DNA of 64,000 bases from Octopus sinensis (taxonomy: Eukaryota), in NCBI RefSeq assembly GCF_006345805.1, contig NC_043013.1, positions 16,554,001 to 16,618,000 on the forward strand. Direction: 5' to 3'. Below are positions 57,146 through 64,000 of the stretch, in pieces. The notes beneath the pieces were generated by a model. The model did no database searches and was not told the origin of the DNA. It saw only the letters and a program-made list of their open reading frames with translations. The position numbers and the translations under genes were made by a program. Within the stretch, counting starts at the first letter, position 1, and every line of letters starts with the position of its first letter.

Positions 57146-57630
57146 GCTGTTGCTGCTGCTTCTGCTGCTGCTGCCGTTGTTGCTGATGCCGGCGGTGGTG
57201 TTGTCACTGATGGAGTTGGGCTGCTGCTGTTGGTATTGGTGTTGGCGTCGCTGGGGGATGATGGTGATGTCGGTAATATTTTCGTCCCTGCGCATGTTTC
57301 CTGTACTGCAGTCGTTATTGCTGCTGTTGTTGCTGGCGCTGCTGTTGTTGCTATTGTTGTTGCTGCTGCTGGCGCTGCTGTTGTTGTTGTTGTTGTTGTT
57401 GCTGCTGCTGCTGTTGCTGCTGGCGATGCTGCTGGCGATGCTGTTGTTGTTGCCGCCGGTGCAGCCGCTAGTGTTGATAGTTGTTAATGGAGTTGTTGGA
57501 GCCGGGGTTGCTGGTGCTGCGATGGTGGAGGTGGTGGTGGCGATGGTAGTACTATCGCCACTGCCGGTAATGGAGGAGACGCTATTGCTGTTAATAATGC
57601 TGTTGCTGTTGTTGTTGTTGCCGTTATAGC
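57088..57630. repeat. Mixed (TGT)/(TGC)/(TGG) trinucleotide low-complexity tract
   Basis: Directly visible. It yields the poly-L/poly-T/poly-N ORFs. Confidence 0.9.
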
Positions 57631-57701
57631 TAGTGATGGAACTGGACCTGTGTTAACACGCCTGACATCATGGACGTCGGGAAGCTATTGGGTAAGACGC
57701 G

Positions 57702-57733
<32 letters not shown>

Positions 57734-57903
57734 AGTTGTTAAACCGGCCTGCTTGCCACTTTGCCTTTCATTCTTCCGGAATCGGTAAAATAAGTGCCAG
57801 TTGAGTACTGGCTTCGAGATAATCGACTTACTCCCTCCTCACGAAACTGCTGGCCTTGTGCCAAACTTTGGAAATATCATTATTATTATTATTATTATTA
57901 TTA

Positions 57904-59596
57904 TCATTCAGTAGTTTTATTTTTATATCGTGCTTTCACTTCACTACCGAGCGCAGCTCTGTGTGCCTTGGGTATGTGCTGTGATTTGTTGTGATGGTCT
58001 GATGGTTATTGTATGGAAAGTGTTCTGCGTAGGATGTGTGCAGTGCCTAGTAGTGCAATTTTCTGTACGTTATATGTGTTTGTAAGTCCTGGTGTTTTTG
58101 TTATGTATTTGTCTGAATATTTTTTTATCATGCCTAATGCACCTACTATGATAGGAATTGTTTCTGTTTTCAGATTCCACATTCTAGTTACCTCTATTTC
58201 CAGGTCTTTGTATTTTGAGAGTTTCTCCATTTCTTTTAGAGACACGTTGTCATCTGCCGGTATTGATACATCAATTAGAAAGCATTTTTTTTCTTCATGA
58301 TCTCTGACAACTATATCTGGTCTGTTGGCCTTAATTTCTCTATCCGTGTGTATCGGCATATCCCAGAGTATGGTTGCTTTCTCGTTTTCTGTGACCTTTC
58401 CTGGTGTGTGCCTATACCATCTTTTTTCTGTTGTTATTCCATAATGTTGGCATAGCTTCCAATGTATGTAGGTTCCAACTCTGTCATGTCTGTGAATATA
58501 TTCCTTCTTAGCCAGGACTGGGCAGCTAGAGATAATATGATTTATTGTTTCTTGTCCATCTCCCATATTCTGCAGTTACTTGTAATATTTCTTTTCATTA
58601 CATGTTTTTGGTAATTTCTGGTGGGAGGCTTTGGTCTTGTGCTGCAATTAAAATCCCTCTGTTTCTGCTTTGAGTCTTGAGCTTCTCAACCATTGCTGGG
58701 AATTTTCTTGTCTATTTCTTTTGCGTTTAGTTTAGTCCAGTATTTACCATGAAGGGGCTTTTCTTGCCATCGTTTTATCATGGTTCGTTGCTGTTCTATT
58801 TTTAGTTTGGATTTCATTTGTTTTATAGCTTTTGTTTTTCTTCATCTTCTTCTTCTTCTTCTTCATGTTTATTAGGTGGTATGATTTCTTGTTTGTATTT
58901 GTCAGCTTCCTTAAATACTGAGAACAGTTTTTTGTTTTGCTCGTGTTTTGCCGCTATCTGGATCAGTTTTCCTTCCTTCTGAAGTAGATATTTTTGCAGT
59001 CCTATGGTGGTTATTTTATAGTAGTTTTCCAGCTGTATAAGGCCTCTACCACCTTCTATACGTTTATATATAGTCTTTCTATGTCAGATTTTGGGTGATG
59101 CATCCTAGATCCTGTCATTATTTTTCTTGTTTTCCTATCTATTTTGGTCAGTTCATTTCGTGTCCAGTTAAGGATATTGTAGCTGTAACTTATAACTGGG
59201 ACAGCTAAAGTGTTGATACCTATTATCTTGTTTTTAGCATTGAGCTCTGTGTTTAGTATTGATCTAACTCGTCTATAATATTCTTTTTTTATTTTCTCTT
59301 TCATTTGTGTGTGTTGTGTCTTATCTAGTTCATGGATTCCTAAGTATTTGTAAGTTTGGCTTTGGTCTAATTCTTTTATTTCATTGGTTTTATCTAGTGT
59401 GATGTTGTTACTCTTAACTAGTTTTCCTCTTTTCATGGTTACTTTGGCGCATTTTTCTAATCCAAATTTCATATCTATTTCTTTGGTAAATCCATGAACT
59501 GTCTTTAATAGTGTTTCCAGCTGTTTGTCATTTGCAGCGTATAGTTTTAGGTCATCCATATATAAAAGGTGGCTGATCGTTTTGCCGTAACATTTA
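57904..59596 (-). mobile_element. 5'-truncated Dong/R4-clade non-LTR retrotransposon (RT C-half, CCHC, restriction-like endonuclease), frameshifted, embedded in (TAA)n
   Basis: YMDD at 59562-59551, KFGLEKC, YKYLGI, HPKSDIERLY, CRICGDGQETINHIISSC and RPDIVV...LIDVSIP...EKLSKY. TAA repeats lie at 57878-57903 and about 59600-59660. Confidence 0.92.
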
Positions 59597-59607
59597 TATT
59601 ATTATTA

Positions 59608-59659
<52 letters not shown>

Positions 59660-59859
59660 GTTCAAATGCAGCCGAGGCTTGTGCCGTACAAAATGCTTAG
59701 CTGTATTTCGTCCGTCTTTATGTTGTGAGTTCGAATTCCACCGAGGTCGACTTCGTTTATTCTTTCGCGGTCGGTAAAATAAGTACCAGTCATGCACTGG
59801 AATGCATGTAATCGACTTGCCCCCGTCCTCTCACAATTGCAGGCCTTGCATCCGAACTC

Positions 59860-61110
59860 GGTGAGAACTCAAACCGGTGCAGCTGGGAGTTGGAGTAGCT
59901 ATCGGGTGCGCGGGAGCCGCCCATACTGCTAGACATTTTCTCAATGATTGTTCTCCAGAGCCGGCATCGAACGATTCCAAGCACCTCATTGTCAAGTTTG
60001 ACACGAAAAATGCTTTCAACTGTCTGCGCCGTGACCACTTGCTCCAGGCTTGTCTCAGCTGCGCTCCATCCGCTGGTTTATCTGTCGTCCGGATTCCAAG
60101 CATGTTCCTCACCTCAGATAAGGTTATACCCACCTTTGACTAGCGTTCAATAGGGTGATCCATTGAGCCCCCTCCTATTCACTCTCGGGGTGGACAGTAT
60201 TACCCGGAGTTTCATGGCTCCTTTCAACGTCTGGTACTTGGACAATACGACGATAGGTATGCCGATAAAGAATGCTTATCACAATCTCCACTCTGGCGAG
60301 AATCGGCCTCTAGATTAACTCATCCAAGTCGGAGGTCGTGAACATTAACTACGACGCAAAGGGCTTCGCGACCTCCATCTCATACATACGCTTTACTACT
60401 TCACCATGTATAGGTGACATCGAAAGAAGATTACCTTGTCCTCACTTTGCCGATCCTCCTGTCTGCTATTCGCTCCACCTTCAGGTCTAAGCTTCGCCAG
60501 TTTGAAAGATTGACGAACAGGCCAAACGTGATCGACGCCCATCCAACACTATTCCTGTTAAAGAACTGCTTAGCCGTACCGAAGGCATTCTATAACCCTC
60601 CGCAGTGCCCCTTACTGCAACCACGTATCTCTCCTCACAGATCTCGACGCCTGTATCCAACGGGCCGCTGAAAAGATATGCAACGCTCGGTTTGACGACA
60701 CTGGATGGCAACAAGCCACTTTACTCGTCGAATGTGGTGACCTCGGCTTTCAATCTCCGCTCTCACTGGCATTGCCGGCTTTGCTCTCGTTGGTGACCTT
60801 TTGCTGTGTCCTCATCAACAGAATTCTCCGCAACACAACTGAAACATCAGTAATCGGGGTGCGCCAGGTGGCCTACGCGACATGGAGCCAGCTCGGCTTG
60901 CACCCTGCTGAAGTCCATCCCCCTCTCCTCTCTATGGACATCTGATCCCCTCAAAAGAAATAGGACGCCATCCAGTGAAACATGATGCCGGACGAGTTAG
61001 CGAGTCGACTTGACCAGCACCGTCTGATATGTTTCCGCTCAGCTTCCAAGCCTCACGGCGGAGCCTGGCTCAATTCAGTGCCATCGCTCGCGACTGGCAT
61101 TTGCTGATGA
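59860..61110 (+). mobile_element. Degraded CRE-clade non-LTR retrotransposon RT remnant
   Basis: QLGVGVAIGCAGAAHTARHFL, VKFDTKNAFNCLRRD, SVQ*GDPLSPLLF, NVWYLDN, DAHPTLFLLKNCLAVPK and GAWLNSVPS match the recalled CRE pattern QLGVG..GG.EA..H, D..NAFN...R, GVQQGDPLGPLLF, WYLDD, AWL...P. Confidence 0.75.
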
Positions 61111-61199
61111 GATGAAAAGGCTTCAAGAAAGGTTTAGGGGATAAGTCGATGTCTGTAAAGGCAGAAAAGCTGCATCACTGACAGAAGTTATTCATTGTT

Positions 61200-61490
61200 A
61201 AGGCGGCGACCTGGCAGAATCGTTAGCACACCGGGCGAAATGCTTAGCCGTATTTCGTCTGCCGCTACGTTCTGTGTTCAAATTCCACCGAGGTCAACTT
61301 TGCCTTTCATCCTTTCGGGATCGATTAAATAAGTACCAGTTACGCACTGGGGTCGATGTAATCGACTTAATCCATTTGGCAGTCCTTGTGTGTCCTCTGT
61401 GTTTAGCCCCTTGTGGGTAGTAAAGAAATAGGTATTTCCTCTGCCGCTACGTTCTGAGTTCAAATTCCGCCGAGGTCAACTTTGCCTTTC
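61200..61490 (+). mobile_element. SINE family A with partial tandem re-run
   Basis: A full consensus copy, then a restart at GTATTTCCTCTGCCGCTACGTTC. Confidence 0.88.
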
Positions 61491-61721
61491 GGATGAAATC
61501 GTTGGAAGGTGATTTCCAAAGTTATATGTACGTTTCTCGTGTCTTACTAACTACTTCAAAACGGTGCATCGTAGGGGGTGGGAACTATTTTTATTTTCAG
61601 ACTCCCCATATTTCAAAGCACGGAAAGGGGTGGGGGGTAGGACACTCGGAACTCCCACCACCGCCACCATCACAGTGGCGGGGAAGACTGCATGCCCTAG
61701 TTTCCTAGTCTCTCTTCGCCA

Positions 61722-61771
<50 letters not shown>

Positions 61772-61777
61772 ACATAC

Positions 61778-61828
<51 letters not shown>

Positions 61829-62013
61829 ATATATATACGTGTGTATGTACATGTATACATGTATGTGTGTATATATCTGTGTGTGTGTGTGTATTTACAC
61901 ACACACTTATGCACGCTCACCCAGCATTGCAAAAGGTCAATAGTTTTTTTGTTTGTGTTAGTAGTTTTGAATCATGATGTGGATCAATTTTAAGCATTGT
62001 AATGTTATATTCG

Positions 62014-62046
<33 letters not shown>

Positions 62047-62099
62047 ACTGTAGGTGTGCATGTATGCGTATATACATTACAGACATGCTCATATTTCCT

Positions 62100-62890
62100 A
62101 CCGCAAACCGCACCACTCCTCATCTTCATCACGATCCTCATCATCACAATCATACCATCCAGTACACCGTTACCACAAACAACCACCACACTTTCGCTAT
62201 CGCTATCACGGCCACCATTGTTACCACTACCAACACTACCTCCTCCAACACATCGACATCTCATCACTAACCACACGGCATTACCACTGCATTACCACCA
62301 CCACCAACACACCAACAACGCACCACCAATGACACTGCCACCTCTGTTACTATCACCATCACCTTCACCACAAATGCAACCATCTCCACCATATTACCAC
62401 CTCTACACCAACTACTACCACCACAACCATCGCATCACCGCCATACCACAATCACTACCGCCATCTCCACCATCACAACCACTAAAACCACCACCACTAC
62501 TACAACCACAACCACCACCACTACTACAACCACAACCATCACCACCACCACCACCACCACAATCACCACCACTACAACCACAACCACCACCACCACCACT
62601 ACCGCCACAACCACCACCACCACCACCACCACCACAATCACCAACACTACAACCACAATCATCACCACCACCACCACCACAACCATCACCACCACCACCA
62701 CCACAACCACAACCACCACTACAACCACAATCATCACCACCACCACCACAACCACAACCACCACCACTACAACCACAATCATCACCACCACCACAACCAC
62801 CACCACTACAACCACAATCATCACCATCACCACCACCACAACCACAATCATCACCACCACCACCACAAACCACCACCACAACCACCACCA
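62100..62890. repeat. (ACC/ACA/ATC) low-complexity tract with higher-order subrepeats
   Basis: Directly visible; recurring ACCACCACTACAACCACAATCATC. Confidence 0.9.
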
Positions 62891-63229
62891 CTCATGTACT
62901 TCTATGTCAGTCAAGCCACTCAGTAACTCTCACCTGTTGAGAAATTCTCACCTGAAAGATTGGCAACAAGAAACCAGGTCATTTCACCATCAACGAAGAG
63001 GAAGCAATGATGCATGGTAGAATGGCAGCGAACTGGAACGGATGTTGTTATTGCTGTTGTTGTTTAATCCCAGCTCAACCTTACTAAAGCTGACCTGTAA
63101 TCAGAAACATTCCAGCCGTGACCATTACGTCTTCTTTTTACCAAGGACGCATCACCTTATGTTATCTAACGAACCCTTTTTCTAAAGGATGTAATTGGAG
63201 GTACATATTACCATTTTTTTCTAGTAAGT

Positions 63230-63360
63230 TGGGTAACCACATAAATGTTCCCGAGGCGTAGTGGGGACTGTCGGTATGAACGATGAGGCGGTAATGGTGA
63301 TATGGCGGAAAGGAAACGGACAGCGAGTAACCATGGAAACAAGGTAACAAGATGGCATCG
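63230..63360. promoter_or_regulatory. Promoter-like CpG-retaining patch with RFX X-box and YY1/ETS-like motifs
   Basis: GTAACCATGGAAAC (63327-63340) fits GTHNYYATRRNAAC. CAAGATGGC (63348-63356) and ATGGCGGAA (63302-63310) lie nearby. The sequence is non-repetitive and locally CpG-rich. Confidence 0.45.
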
Positions 63361-63474
63361 AAGTGTTGTTTATTTCATAATTTTGTTTCATAGGGTACCC
63401 GGAATTATTTTAATTTTTTTCTTAATTAAAGGAAAGATCAGTCTCCAAACCAGCAAAAAGAATTAAATGTTCTC

Positions 63475-63533
<59 letters not shown>

Positions 63534-63558
63534 TTCTTTCTCTCTCTCTCTCTCTCTC

Positions 63559-63604
<46 letters not shown>

Positions 63605-64000
63605 GCATTCTTGATTTTATTTTTCGAATTTATCACTAATGGAGAAAAAGCCGGTTTCTAACTTAGAAGTAAGATACTTTCATTGGAATTTTGACATCAA
63701 ACAGGTTAGTCCTATATCTATATGTGTCTATATACATACATACATGCATGTATGTATGTACGTACGCACGTATGTATGTATGTATGTATGTATGTATGTA
63801 TGTATGTATGTATGTATGTATGTATGCATGTATGTATGTTTGTATATATGTACGTACGTATGTATGTATGTATGTATGTATGTATGTATGTATGTTTGTA
63901 TGTATGTATGTATGTATGTATGTATGTATGTATGTATGTATGTATGCATGTATGTATGTTTGTATATATGTACGTACGTATGTATGTATGTATGTACACG

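Noticed and set aside
62415-62891. Gly/Cys-rich ORF (GGGDDCGC repeats) resembling a structural protein
   Set aside because: It is the antisense reading of an ACC/ACA low-complexity tract. All frames are open and there is no splice or start context.

Overview
AT-rich, microsatellite- and transposon-dense eukaryotic DNA. The repeat spectrum (TA/TACA/TAA arrays, tRNA-derived SINEs, RTE, Dong/R4, Penelope) suggests an octopus-like cephalopod; this is inference only. Two host genes are supported. (1) A single-coding-exon, highly divergent class-A-like 7TM receptor (+, 1734-2669, 311 aa). (2) A six-exon Abl-interactor (Abi)-family gene (-, 32681..15275, 462 aa, WAB/HHR + Pro-rich + SH3), assembled by hand with GT-AG junctions in consistent phase. 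A decayed second copy of its first coding exon lies just upstream. One tRNA-Glu(UUC) is present. The rest is mobile-element debris: RTE, Tx1/L1, CR1, Dong/R4, CRE, Penelope-like, mariner, hAT, Helitron, MITEs and three SINE families. The strongest second-look items are a tRNA-Glu+SINE composite bounded by a 15-bp direct repeat, hammerhead-ribozyme-like folds in Penelope-type repeats, the divergent Abi gene with its duplicated dead exon 1, and an X-box-containing promoter-like patch near 63.3 kb. All assignments come from manual reading without database searches, and repeat boundaries are approximate unless a TSD or TIR is given.
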